A stretch of 63,656 nucleotides of DNA, filler included, from Dugesia japonica (Eukaryota): assembly GCA_001938525.1 (NCBI GenBank). It is 6 parts of 6 records of this genome, joined end to end, with 100 filler letters (N's around TTAATTAATTAA, not from the genome) between each part and the next. Parts side by side here need not be neighbours in the genome. Positions count along the whole stretch, not along the records: positions 1 to 12,182 come from MQRL01633078.1; positions 12,283 to 22,244 come from MQRL01615022.1; 4 more parts are not named here. The stretch is one strand, 5' to 3'. This document shows positions 1 to 12,409 of this stretch, one piece after another. The translations under genes were made by a program, and so were the position numbers. How positions within the stretch are numbered: position 1 is the first letter of the stretch; each line of letters begins with the position of its first letter. The notes beneath the pieces were generated by a model. It had not been told where the DNA came from. It did not search any database and saw only the letters and a program-made list of their open reading frames with translations.

Positions 1-591
1 TTTTTTTTCGTTTACCGCGTTGAAAAGGTTAATTCTACGTTAAAAATTAATCTCTTTATAAACCAAATTATTCAGCAATCATAAGCAAAAGTTTCTTTGA
101 TGAAAAAATATTTTCCAAGGTATTGAAAACTTTTCATAAAACCTTTATTTCAACATTCAAATAGATATAATTTATTCAAATTAGTAACTCAAGAATACTC
201 AAAGAACACTTTGAATGAAATTTNNNNNNNNNNNNNNNNNNNNNNNNNNNNNNNNNNNNNNNNNNNNNNNNNNNNNNNNNNNNNNNNNNNNNNNNNNNNN
301 NNNNNNNNNNNNNNNNNNNNNNNNNNNNNNNNNNNNNNNNNNNNNNNNNNNNNNNNNNNNNNNNNNNNNNNNNNNNNNNNNACGAATTAAAATATCAATA
401 ATAAAAATCACTTTTGCACATCTGAGGTATAATTATTACCTTATAAATAAACTTTCACGATATAAATTTCATTAATTAAATAAAAATATCATTGAAAAAA
501 TGTCAATCGAAAACCTTATAATAATTTCATAAAATAAAATTTTAGAACTAAAATATCAATAAAAATTTCTATTTTTCAACAAATTCTATAT

Positions 592-3500
592 TTAGTGGTT
601 CCTGTTTGATTTATTAGTTTCATCTTTCGGTGTTGTTGGAGAAAATGATGGAGATGTTGGAGAATAGACACTATTTGTTGCAGTTGATTGTGCATTGTAT
701 GAGCCAGCCGGAGAAAGTGGAGCATTAATTGAATAACTATTTGTTAAAGAATATGCCGGTGAAACTGTTGCAGAATATCTTGGCGAACTAGGTGAATAAT
801 TTGGAGAACTAGGTGAATAATTTGGAGAAGTAGGCGAATAATTAGGTGAACTTGGCGAATAATTAGGAGAACTTGGTGAATAATTAGGAGAACTTGGCGA
901 ATAATTAGGAGAACTCGGGGAGTAATTTGGAGAGCTTGGGGAATAAGATGAAGATAATACTGGTGACGTTGGTGAATAGTTTGGAGATGTTGGTGAATAA
1001 ACTCGGTTAGCAGGTGAAGCCATTGATGACAAATTTGGAGAATAATCTTTAGATTTTGAATTGAATGAAGGGCTTGCTGGTGAATAGCTTTGAATATTTG
1101 GAGAATTTAACATTGCTGGTGATTTTGGAGTATAAGATCCGCTAGATGGCCCAAAGAGAGGAGATGCTGGATTATATGATAAATCAGAATAATTAGTCGG
1201 TGCGAATGCTGATCTATTAGGACTATAAGCCGGTGATGTTGGAGAATAATTTGGACTTGAAGGACTATATGAAGGTGATTTAGAGGAATATCCCGGGCTG
1301 GATGGAGAAAAGCCGGGACTAGTAGGTGAATAGCTAGGGCTTGTTGGAGAGTAACCGGGACTGGTTGCAGAGTAACCAGGACTTGTTGGAGAGTAACCAG
1401 GACTTGTTGGAGAGTAACCAGGACTTGTTGGAGAGTAACCAGGGCTGGTCGGGGAGTAACCTGGGCTGGTTGGAGAGTAACCTGGGCTGGTTGGAGAGTA
1501 ACCAGGACTAGTTGGAGAGTAACCTGGGCTGTTAGGGGAATATCCAGGGCTTGAAGGACTATAAGATGGTGATGTACCTGAGAAACTTGGACTTTTACCA
1601 GAAAATCCAGGACTAGTAGGACTGTAAGATGGAGATGTTGGAGAATAGCCTTGACTTGCATAACTAGGCGAATTACGTGAATATCCTGGGCTTGTTGGAC
1701 TATATCCAGGACTCGAAGCCGGAGAATATCCTGGACTTGCTCCAGTTGGACTAAGTGGATTCATTCTAGGAGAAATATATCCAAAAGCATAGTCATTTGG
1801 AGTTTTAGGACTCATCATTGGGCTAAACCCTAAAGCTGGACTAGGCGACATTCCCATCTCAGAGAAAGAACTAGGAGAAAATGCAAGACCAAAGTTACTT
1901 GAATTTGGAGAGTAATTATAAGAAGGACTCCATTGGGATAATTGTGGAGAACTTGAATTCATTGGTGTAGCACCACCAACCATGTACAAATTTTGAGCAA
2001 CACCACTCATCATTGGTAAACATTGAGCTTCATTACATTTTTCAAAATTCATCAATATGTCAAAGCAGCCGGTACCCATTCTTGCCAATTGCCCTAACAT
2101 AATTGATTCAGACACACCTTTAACCGGATCACATTCAGCATGAACACCGGCTTCCATCAAAATATCAACTGTCTCTTCAAATGATGATCGAGCCAATGCA
2201 CCAGTTTCCTGTCTGTTTATACCATGTCTATCAATCGACATCAAGAATCCTTTATTAGTCATGATTTCACACAGTAATGCCAAATGACGATAATTTACAT
2301 AAGAACCATCGAAAGAAATAACATTCGTCATCTCAGCTTCAATAGAATTACGAGCTGCCTCTATACCAAATGTTTCAAAAATCTCAGTAATATGATTACT
2401 CGTAGTATTTTCACTGTCAACATAACGTTCAGCCAAAACTTTCGATAAACATGTTCCATCAGTTTCTAAAATCCATTCTGCTCTCTTTTCAAATTCACCC
2501 TCACTATTAATAAATATCTTTTTTTTGTCATCCGTTGTCGGTTTAGAAAGATAGACTTTAGTAATCTGAGGTATTCCTTGTAAGCAGATTTCATTTAAAA
2601 TAAGATTTTCTATTAATTCTAGATATTTCCGATCCTCCATTTCAGATGGTTCTTCTTTATCATCGTCTTTCTTCAGCATTCTAATTCGCAAAACTAAGTT
2701 CAAATTTTCATCTGGAATATGGCATATAATATCATTTTTGAAGTACTCGGTGATTTTTTCAGCAATCTCTTGTAAAGTCAGCTTTTTATCAGTAATTTTC
2801 TTTCTATTTAGCACAATTCTTAACAGATATGGGCTTTTTTTATCGGTATCGAAATCTGGAAATTCGTAATAAGTTCGTACCCAATCTCTTTCACTTTCTA
2901 TAACAGAGTTCTCTGGATCGGGATCGTAAAATATTTCACTTCTAGAAGTAAGTTTACGCAAAGTTGTATGCTCCAATCTTGCGGCGATACTCTTGGTTAT
3001 TTCAACATCATTAGCTGCCGCCCCAAGAAGTCGTATTGTTAAGGATGGAGTTTTTGGATTTCTACTAACATTGATAATTTCTTTAAGTCTCGGCACACCA
3101 AGTGTAACATTCTTTGCAGACACACCAGCAAAATGAAAAGTATTCAGTGTCATCTGTGTTGCAGGTTCTCCTAAACTTTCTGCAGCCAAAGCTCCAACCA
3201 TTTCTCCGGGGTGAACTAAAGACTTGTAAAAAGTGCTTTTTATCTCACCAATTACCCATTCAAGAGCTTCTAAGCTTAATCGATGTTCATTAATAGCTTT
3301 TTTACAGCACAAAATTCCCCGAATCAGACAACATAGTAAAAGTACTGAATTTTCATTTGCTGTTTTACTAATACTGTCTTCACCAGGTACAACAACCAGT
3401 TCATCACATACATTTCTTACTTTTTCTATTATATCCACTGGTTTAATATCAGTTTTCTTCAATAGATCTATTTTGAAAATGATCTGTGCATTCCTAATTA

Positions 3501-6500
3501 ATCGTTCAATATTACAAGGTAACGCTAATTTTCCATCACTAGTTGGTTTTAAGGTTTCCCGAATAAACAATCTATCTTTATTTAATTGTTCCCATTCCAA
3601 ATCAATTTCAAGAATAGTATCAGATTCTGTCATTATTTCTTGCACCCGCCTATCTGTCAAATGCCTGCTTAATTGTTCATAATCATTAATATCGAATCGG
3701 AACTTCTTCTCGAAGTCTTCATTGTTCAGCGTATATGTAGGTAAATATTGAAATTCAACAAATCCACCATCGAGTCCATCCTCACCGTAACGCAATTGAA
3801 TCAGTTGATCTATTTGATTTCTTACAGTTCCGTCATATTTCACCATTACTGATTCCATAGCTTTCATCAATCGACGTTGAATATAACCCGTTTCAGCTGT
3901 TTTAACAGCGGTATCAATGATACCTTCTCTGCCACCCATAGCGTGGAAGAAGAACTCTTGTGGAGTCAATCCGGCAAGGTAGGAATTTTCAACAAAACCC
4001 CTGGATTCAGGTCCAAAATCATCTTTAATGAAATGAGGCAATGTTCTCTGTTGGAAACCAAATGGAATTCGTTTACCTTCAACACTTTGTTGACCAACAC
4101 AAGCGATAACTTGAGCAATATTAATGTTTGACCCCTTTGCTCCAGACATGACCATCAAATGAAAACTGTTATTTTTTGAGACAGATTTTTGAGCGGAACC
4201 TCCAGTTTTATCACGCGCATCATTAAGAATCTTATTAACTGTATCTTCAAAAGTTTGCATCAAAGATCTACCAGGTGTCGGTGACAATTCTTTTCTATGG
4301 GCTTTATCTATTGTTTCAAATACAGCATTTTTTGCTTTATCAATTTCGCGTTTGATATCTACACGAGTTTCTCCAGTATACAAAGTATCAACAATACCAA
4401 TTGTGTGACCTTCGATAAGTAACCAGTTATTTACAACGGTCTGTATATTGTTGAAAAAACTTCCTACTTCTTCTGGACTTTTTTCTAACGCTATAACATG
4501 TATCAAAGAACCTGAGCTACTACCTAGAGATTTCTTACATAAAGTACCCATAATAAGCTCTCCATTCTCTACAAGAACCCGGGTGTCACCATGTGAAATC
4601 CATTTAAAAGGGCCAGAGTTCTCAGAATCAGGATGGGTACTATGTGTTCTGTTACAATTCACCTTGTCCGGTATAATAAGAGAGAATAATTGCTTTCCAG
4701 TCCACAGTCGCTGTGGTTTAGCAATTGCTGGTCTTGGCATAACACCGTTCCATGACGGCAAAAACATCAGAAGATGCATCATTTCAGCAGCGTTTAAAAA
4801 CGTATTACGAGTTGTCATTTTATTACATGCAGTTAAAGAATCCTGGACAATACTCATTACAGGTCGATTACTTTGAGGGGTGATTACGAGTTTTATAACT
4901 CGTGCTAAATTAGCGATTTCCGCTTTGGCTTCTTGAGTTTGAGGCATATGTAAATTCATTTCATCACCATCGAAATCGGCATTATACGGACCGGTAACAG
5001 AAAGATTCAATCGGAAAGTTGAGAATGGTAACACTTTAACCCGATGACCCATCATGGACATTTTATGTAGAGTCGGTTGTCGATTGAATACAACGTAATC
5101 ATCGTTAAGCATATGTCTTTCTACTATTTCCCCATGAGATAACTGAATATCAGAACTATCAGGACGTCTTTTCAAATCAATTCTATCGCCATTTTCCCTA
5201 ATGACAAATTTGGCGCCTGGATACATTGTTCCATTTTTAACTAACTGTTGCAAATATTGTCTGTTGAAAGGAGTAACTTTTTCTGGAAATGTTAAATTCT
5301 GAGCAATCAATCTCGGAACTCCTACTTGATCCAGATTTAGATTGGGATCTGCAGTGATAACCGTTCTTGCAGTATAATCAGTTCTTTTACCCATGAGGTT
5401 CGATCTAATTCTTCCATGTTTACCCTTCAATCTTTGTTTGAGTGATTTAAGAGGTCTACCCGATTTTTGAATTGCTACTGGAAGAAACGTACTCTCATTA
5501 TCGATTAATGTCGCTACATGATATTGTAAACTATTTTCCTTTTCCAATATAATAGCAGATGCTACTCCATTTTCTTCTGCTATTTTTATTTCGTTGTTAA
5601 CCTTGACGACTTCTGTGAGTTTATGTGTCAAATCATCGTGAGCTTTACCACTGTGATTCATAACAATTGCTGGTCGAACAGCCATTGGAGGAACAGCAAG
5701 CACAGATAAAATCATGGACTCTGGGCGAGAATATTTTGGGTTTAACCCCAATAATAAACAGTCTTCATTAGAAATTCTTTTGAAAACTTCCAAGACTTGA
5801 TGTGCGTATAATGGTTGTTTGCCTTTACTATCTTCGCCATCTTTAGTTTCAAATGAATATTCTAAGCCGTTTCTTCGGAATTTGGGTTGCACAAAATTAC
5901 AGCCTTGACGGATATTTACATTCGATTTCAAATCAGAATCTTCATTTTCATCAGTAATCACACTGCAAGTTTTAACTTTTTTACATTCTTCGTGAATCAG
6001 ATCGAAACGTTTCCTGAATGATGATTCAGTTTTTTTCATAATCTCTCGGACTTTAGTATCATTCAAATTAACCAGAATTTTCGAGCATTTGAAACAAACT
6101 GATCTCAAAACTTTAATGATTTTTTCTTTAAACCCGATATGATAAACTGGTCTCGATAGATTAATGTGACCGAAATGGCCAGGACATTCTGAAACGCTGC
6201 CAGAACACGTTTGACATAAAGAATATTTATCCAATGGACCTTGTCTAGGATCCATCAAACCATTTTTCTTTGGTTTACCATCCTGAGTTTTCTCAGGATA
6301 TATTACACCACATGCGTCGAGAACCGAAAGACATTTCTAAATAAAATGTATTTTNNNNNNNNNNNNNNNNNNNNNNNNNNNNNNNNNNNNNNNNNNNNNN
6401 NNNNNNNNNNNNNNNNNNAAAAAAAATATACTAACTAATTCTGCTTCACTTAAAATACCGAATTGCACATTTTTCACTTCTCTTAAAGGAACACTTGCCA

Positions 6501-6516
6501 GTTCTATATTTGCCAT
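592..6516 (-). CDS. RPB1: DNA-directed RNA polymerase II largest subunit (RPB1); exon 1 6436-6516, exon 2 592-6336, about 1941 aa
   Basis: Contains [10 protein letters not shown] (active site), ECPGHFGH (Zn region), [23 protein letters not shown] (bridge helix), [18 protein letters not shown] (trigger loop) and a heptad CTD. Exon 1 [27 protein letters not shown] ends at a GTTAGT donor. The acceptor TTTAG at 6337 puts exon 2 in frame with the 1888-aa ORF. Confidence 0.99.
778..1730 (-). repeat. 21-bp heptad-coding tandem repeats of the RPB1 CTD
   Basis: Seven consecutive YSPTSPG units (1375-1521) and a second block of YSPSSPN units (~778-945). Confidence 0.95.
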
Positions 6517-6944
6517 TTATAAAATCACTGAAATTATGTAATAAAAGAATATTAAAACAATGATTTAAAAAATATGAGCACTAAAATAATATCGATCAAT
6601 TTCAACAGAATAAATTTATTATAATTTTAACCATAAAGCTATTTTTTGAATTATTTTAAAACTTAATTATTTTTTTAACCATTGATCTGTCAATAAATAA
6701 ATACGTTATTCACAATAAAAATTTAATTAAAAAAATTTNNNNNNNNNNNNNNNNNNNNNNNNNNNNNNCGAAATATTTAAAATAGAAGAACTGCAACTTT
6801 GATATTTGCTTGTTAAAATTTTTTTTAAATAATTTTTTTTGTTAATAACTTATTTAATAATTGTAATTATTTTAGCAAATTATTTGATAAAATTTTCCAA
6901 TTATTTAATCAAAAATTATATTATTTATAAAAAAATTATTAATA

Positions 6945-7239
6945 CAAAGCCACGAGAAAACTAAAGCAACGAAATTCGAGATATGTATGTATGCAAAAGA
7001 TATGTACGTGGTAAATCATTAGCCTTGTATTCATCGGAATTTAGTCAAATCAAACAAAAAACAATCGCCTCAATTATCGGTGTATACAGAAGTACCGGAA
7101 GAAAAATTAAAAATAAGAAAGGTGCGTCACCATGACAGCAGAAGATAAGGAGTTTATTAAAAATCTGATAATTAATGATGTTTCCATATGCCTAAGAAAA
7201 ATTAAACAAAAGCTTAATGAATTCAATCAAAAATTGTTC
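6945..7239 (+). mobile_element. Tc1/IS630-like transposase N-terminal (HTH) remnant
   Basis: Degenerate translation TIASIIGVYRSTGRKIKNKKG..TAEDKEFIKNLIINDVSICLRKIKQKL resembles the Tc1-family paired-like HTH region; truncated by an N gap. Confidence 0.5.
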
Positions 7240-7419
7240 NNNNNNNNNNNNNNNNNNNNNNNNNNNNNNNNNNNNNNNNNNNNNNNNNNNNNNNNNNNNN
7301 NNNNNNNNNNNNNNNNNNNNNNNNNNNNNNNNNNNNNNNNNNNNNNNNNNNNNNNNNNNNNNNNNNNNNNNNNNNNNNNCATAATATAAGTTTTGATTAA
7401 ATAATTTGGAAATAGGGTT

Positions 7420-7516
7420 AAAATGGCTGAAAACCCTGAAATAAAAGGCAGATAAACATTGTAGATACACCAAGTTTTAGAAGTTTTCAAAAGAATTTCT
7501 AATGAAGAATGTTTAA
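7420..7516 (+). pseudogene. Inverted, decayed copy of an RPB1 coding fragment
   Basis: Reads [22 protein letters not shown] versus RPB1 [24 protein letters not shown] (5755-5826, minus strand); gaagttttcaaaagaatttctaatgaaga is shared exactly. Confidence 0.85.
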
Positions 7517-7639
7517 CAAGCTATAAATATGTAAATAAATTTAAAGATTTATCACTTACGAGAGTCTGATATTTAGGTTTCATTTGATTTTAAAGTTAAC
7601 GAAAATTAAATTAAATGAAAAATATTACGCCATTTTATT

Positions 7640-8215
7640 AAATATTTATTTAGCACAACAAATTTTGACAGTATATCTGTAATCTTCAGGCAAACTGTTT
7701 AAAACTAAGAATAGAGTAGTTCCGCATTATGCAATCAGTTGTGTAATGTCTCAATAAAATTCCAATTAATTAAAGACATTTAATAAAGATTTATTGACAC
7801 CAGTTTGATCATATGGATCATATGATCTAATTATCAATGCTTCGCACATGATTCTTTCACAATAATCTTTAAAATTTCTGCATAAAATTTTGAAATTATT
7901 AATATTTATAACTGATTTACATTGAATATTATCATGTTCTGCCATATTACTGCAACTACATAACCGACTATGTTCCTGAATCCTTTTACAGTAATGATTC
8001 GAAATCTGTCTAATTATACCCTTTTCGTTTCGTACGTTAATCTTTCTACAATTGATTAAAAATATTCATTTTTTATTTAACAAAGAACTCAAACTTTGAA
8101 TATTTTACACGACTTCGAAAAATAGGAAGAGAGAGTTCAAGATCTATATATTAAACCTTTAATCATATTAAATTTATATGATTTAAAATTAAAGTAATAT
8201 TAAATTTAATTTATG
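7640..8215 (-). mobile_element. Penelope-like element, 3' fragment (GIY-YIG end plus terminal repeat with degenerate hammerhead)
   Basis: Collinear with 8855-9695 but internally deleted; CTGAAGA...CAAAA hammerhead remnant at 7651-7695. Confidence 0.8.
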
Positions 8216-8854
8216 AATTATCAATATTATTTAGGATGTAATGAAAGGATTAAAAATGGAAATAGAAAAATCGCAATGAAGGAGTTGCCCGTAATAGTTA
8301 AATTGAAATCCAACTTAAATGATAATTTACCAGGAGGAAAGGATATTCTAGACGCTTTCAATCAAGGATTCACAGTTAAAGCTATTAAATTATATAATAC
8401 TCTAGCTGGAGATGAAATTAAGTCCTATAGTCTTGATGATTTTGCACTTAAGGTAATTATATAAATTTATTATGAATATTTAAAACCTTTTAGAAACTTC
8501 TACAGACAAGAGCTTATGGAAGAATGATTTGAACCCAGGGACGTAACAGAATTCGAGTTGAAACTGCAACAGAATGCCGTATTGTAANATGTTCAAAAAC
8601 CGAAAGCTTCCATAAAATTGGAAGAACTAATGACATTGAAAATGCTTACAACTTGCTTACCGCTTTAGCTTGAGGACACCATTAGATGATGTTATTCCCT
8701 TTTGTTTAGAAATTTTTTATATTGTTTTTTGTTGACAAATATTGTTTTTTGTAAATCGACAAACGCATGTAGTTACTTTCTTAATATTAATACTGTTGTT
8801 TTTCAAAAGATCCATTTTATATATATTATGTAACTTAAATAACACATATTTAAT

Positions 8855-11100
8855 TAAATATTTATTTATTACAAGTTTCGACAGAATATCTGTTATCTTC
8901 AGGTAAACTTTTTAAAACTAAGAATAGAGTATGTATACTAAAGCTCCGCATAATGCAATCGATTATGTAATGGTCTCAATAAAATTCCAATTAATTAAAG
9001 ACATTCAATAAAGATTTAAAAACATCAATATGAACATTAATTTTTGGATGATATGATCTAATCATTAATGCTTCGCATATAATTCTTTCACAATAATCTT
9101 TGATATTTCTGCACAAAAATTTTGAAATTATTAATAGTTATAACTGATTTAGACTGAATATTATCATGTTCTGCAATGTTACTGCGACTACCTAACCGAC
9201 TATGTTCCTGAATTCTTTTACAGAGATGACGGGAAGTCTCTCCAATGTATGTGGTATTATACCAATTACACTCAATTATAAATAAGATTAGAAACTAATC
9301 CATAAGTAGTCTCAGATTTATTACCGAACGCACTTATAATTTTAAAAGACCGGGACACAATAANNNNNNNNNNNNNNNNNNNNNNNNNNNNNNNNNNNNN
9401 NNNNNNNNNNNNTTTAAAGCACTCGGAATACGGAATATTTAAAACAACAAATTTTATCGATTTTATTAGATTTATCTGGATCTTTAATAAACTTTAAATC
9501 GTTTAAATTTTTATTCGTGTTCGGAATAATTTTATCAATCGTTTCGTACATTAATCTTTATACAATTGATTTAGAATATCCATTATTATTTAACATAGAA
9601 CTACAAGTTTGAATATTTATATGAGTTCGAAAAAGAAGAAGAGAGAGTCCCAGATCTATATAGTAAACCTTAAATCATATTAAATTTATATCGAGATTCA
9701 CAGAAACTACCAGATGCTGTACATNNNNNNNNNNNNNNNNNNNNNNNNNNNNNNNNNNNNNNNNNNNNNNNNNNNNNNNNNNNNNNNNNNNNNNNNNNNN
9801 NNNNNNNNNNNNNNNNNNNNNNNNNNNNNNNNNNNNNNNNNNNNNNNNNNNNNNNNNNNNNNNNATAATTTAAAAAATATTCTACATTGGATTGATTACT
9901 AAACACCAAGAAAATATCATCAACATAACGCTTAGTTACCAATGGTTTAATTCCTGAAAACAACTCAATCCTTGTTTAAATTTTCGAAAGAAAAAATGAA
10001 GCAAGAGTAGGCGCAAGATGTGTACCCATAACAAATCCATCAATTTGCTTATACCATTGATCATCAAACAGAAACGAAATATTAGAAGTAGCAAACCTCA
10101 ACAGTTTCCTTAAAACCTGTGACATTTAACATACTATGTTCCGCCAAATTACTTTTCCACAATCCACAATACTGATTTATAATTTCATTTAACGGAACAT
10201 TAGTGTTAGGTATATCTTCAATTGTTGATTCATTTTGAAAATCAGAACTCATATTGTTAGACANNNNNNNNNNNNNNNNNNNNNNNNNNNNNNNNNNNNN
10301 NNNNNNNNNNNNNNNNNNNNNNNNNNNNNNNNNNNNNNNNNNNNNNNNNNNNNNNNNNNNNNNNNNNNNNNNNNNNNNNNNATAATTAGTAAATAAATTC
10401 ACAATATCAAAAGACAACATGCATTCTGTTACCTTGTTAACATCGGGGTTAGAAATGAAACTACAAAATTCAAAACTATCCATACGTTCATATTTAGAAG
10501 AAATTATGGACTTAATTTTTTGATCTGAACATTAAGCAACTTTGTATTGATCCGTGTAAGTCATAGATAAAAGCAGGTCTCATTGGAGAATTATTTTTAT
10601 GAACCTTCAGAATATCATATAACTTCGCTGGCTGAGAACCAACAGAGTTAAGAATTTTATACCACTCAGCATTATGGTGTTTTCACAAATTAATTTCTTA
10701 AGTAAAGAATTTAAAAATTCTTTATCTTTTATAAGAGGTAATTTGCATTTTTTCTGAATTTATCTATTTTATTAAATTGAGGTCCTTTAAAAATATCCTC
10801 GACTTTGTTTATGTAATCAAAGTCATTTAGAATAACAAGACGATTACCCTTATTAAATTTACAAATTTTAATAGGCTTTTTTGAAAGATTTTTTAATATT
10901 ACAAAATCATATTTAACATTTTTGTTTAAATATTCATTAAAATATTTTAATAAAGCATGTTTTAANTTTCCAAAATNGCAATCATAATTACCAGAAAATT
11001 TATTTTAATAATAGTTAAAAATGACTCGATTTTTGATTGGAATTGAAATTTATCAATTCGTTTTCTATTACTGAAATTGGGTCCAAATTTTAATAAATTA
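8855..11100 (-). mobile_element. Penelope-like retroelement (RT plus GIY-YIG), degenerate
   Basis: RT motifs SFDIVNLFTN/VPLNE, DGFVMG and RYVDDIF, then GIY-YIG TYIGETSRHLCKRIQEH; stops and frameshifts present. Confidence 0.9.
8867..8908 (-). ncRNA. Minimal hammerhead ribozyme in a Penelope terminal repeat
   Basis: ttac-CTGAAGA-taacaga-tat-tctgtc-GAAA-ctt-gtaa: both core boxes intact, stem II acaga/tctgt, stem I ttac/gtaa. Confidence 0.7.
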
Positions 11101-11669
11101 ATTTCCCTCTCAGAATAAATACAATTTCATTAATTCTATATTCAATAAAATAAAATTTAGTAATTAAATATAATACTTTCTCAAAGAAAAAATATATGTT
11201 AACGAATCTAGAAATTTACAAAAAAAGATTAAGATAAAATTTCAAATTTTAAAAATAAATCAAAATTCTGACATAATTTCAAATTGGTTATAAAAATATC
11301 TATAAATTTTGATCTATTAAAGCAGTNNNNNNNNNNNNNNNNNNNNNNNNNNNNNNNNNNNNNNNNNNNNNNNNNNNNNNNNNNNNNNNNNNNNNNNNNN
11401 NNNNNNNNNNNNNNNNNNNNNNNNNGTTATACACAGATTTCTCTCAGTTTGAGAAATAATTTTTAATGACTATGCAATAATGTATCTATTATTTACAACT
11501 TATTTTTAATAGTGGTGCTCCACATTTGTAAAGAGTATAAAATAGTGCTCCGCTGCTAAAAATACTGAAAACCTCTGTGTTAAAGAATATGTTTTCAAAA
11601 AGCATGTTTTTTAAATAATTTTGTATGTATGATGAAATGATTATGTGAAATTAATATAAGAAAATTTTA

Positions 11670-12150
11670 TTAGGTTGTTCAGAAAGTTTTGTACGTTTTT
11701 GAACATTAATTTTAAAACCTCATAAGTGAGCCGAAACAAAAGGTTTATTAATTAAAATAAAAACCATTAGCACACACTTTTGTCAACGAATTGGCAGATT
11801 TTCCATTCCTATGCGATAAAATTCGGCGTTCAAATTCCTTTTTTAACACTCCTTCGGTCTCAAATCTTTCCCCATTCAAATAATTTTGTAAGTGTTTGAA
11901 TAAACGGAAATCAGTTGGCGAGAGATCAGGTGAGTACGGTATGAGTCTCAGAATTTCATAATTTAGGCTCTTCAGTTTATCCAGGGTTTGCTTTGCTATG
12001 TGTGCACGGGCGTTGTCATGCAAAAGAATTGGACCTTTTTTATTGATCAATGCTGGGTACATTTTTTTCAACTTTTCTTGCGTAATATCAATCTCTAGGC
12101 AGTATTTATCTGCTGTTATCATTTCTCCCTTTTCCTTTGGAGATTCATGG
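11670..12150 (-). mobile_element. Mariner transposase C-terminal fragment with terminus
   Basis: LLHDNARAH...PYSPDLSPTDF (D34D); TIR-like TTAGGTTGTTCAGAAAG at ~11670. Confidence 0.9.
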
Positions 12151-12182
12151 ATATCTAAACACTGCTGAACCTTTATTATTGT

Positions 12183-12282
12183 NNNNNNNNNNNNNNNNNN
12201 NNNNNNNNNNNNNNNNNNNNNNNNNNTTAATTAATTAANNNNNNNNNNNNNNNNNNNNNNNNNNNNNNNNNNNNNNNNNNNN
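12183..12282. other. Artificial contig linker (44N-TTAATTAATTAA-44N)
   Basis: Identical 100-bp six-frame-stop spacer, occurring five times in the window. Confidence 0.95.
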
Positions 12283-12409
12283 GATATTATATTTCCCCGA
12301 ATCAAACATTGTTAAAATTGCATTATAAAGTTGATTGTTAATTTCTTTTATTACTTTTCTGTTAGTCATTTAGTAGTTTAAATTATATTATTTTAAAAAA
12401 ATATTTATA

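Noticed and set aside
199-475. ORFs spanning N runs (here and elsewhere)
   Set aside because: Artefacts of translating through gaps
1107-4876. ORFs overlapping RPB1 (1107-1661 minus; 3233-3682, 3877-4131 and 4448-4876 plus)
   Set aside because: Shadow frames of the repetitive CTD or of the coding strand's codon bias; no recognisable protein features
12227-12238. Recurring palindrome TTAATTAATTAA as a biological motif
   Set aside because: Always centred in exactly 44+44 Ns; a synthetic assembly spacer
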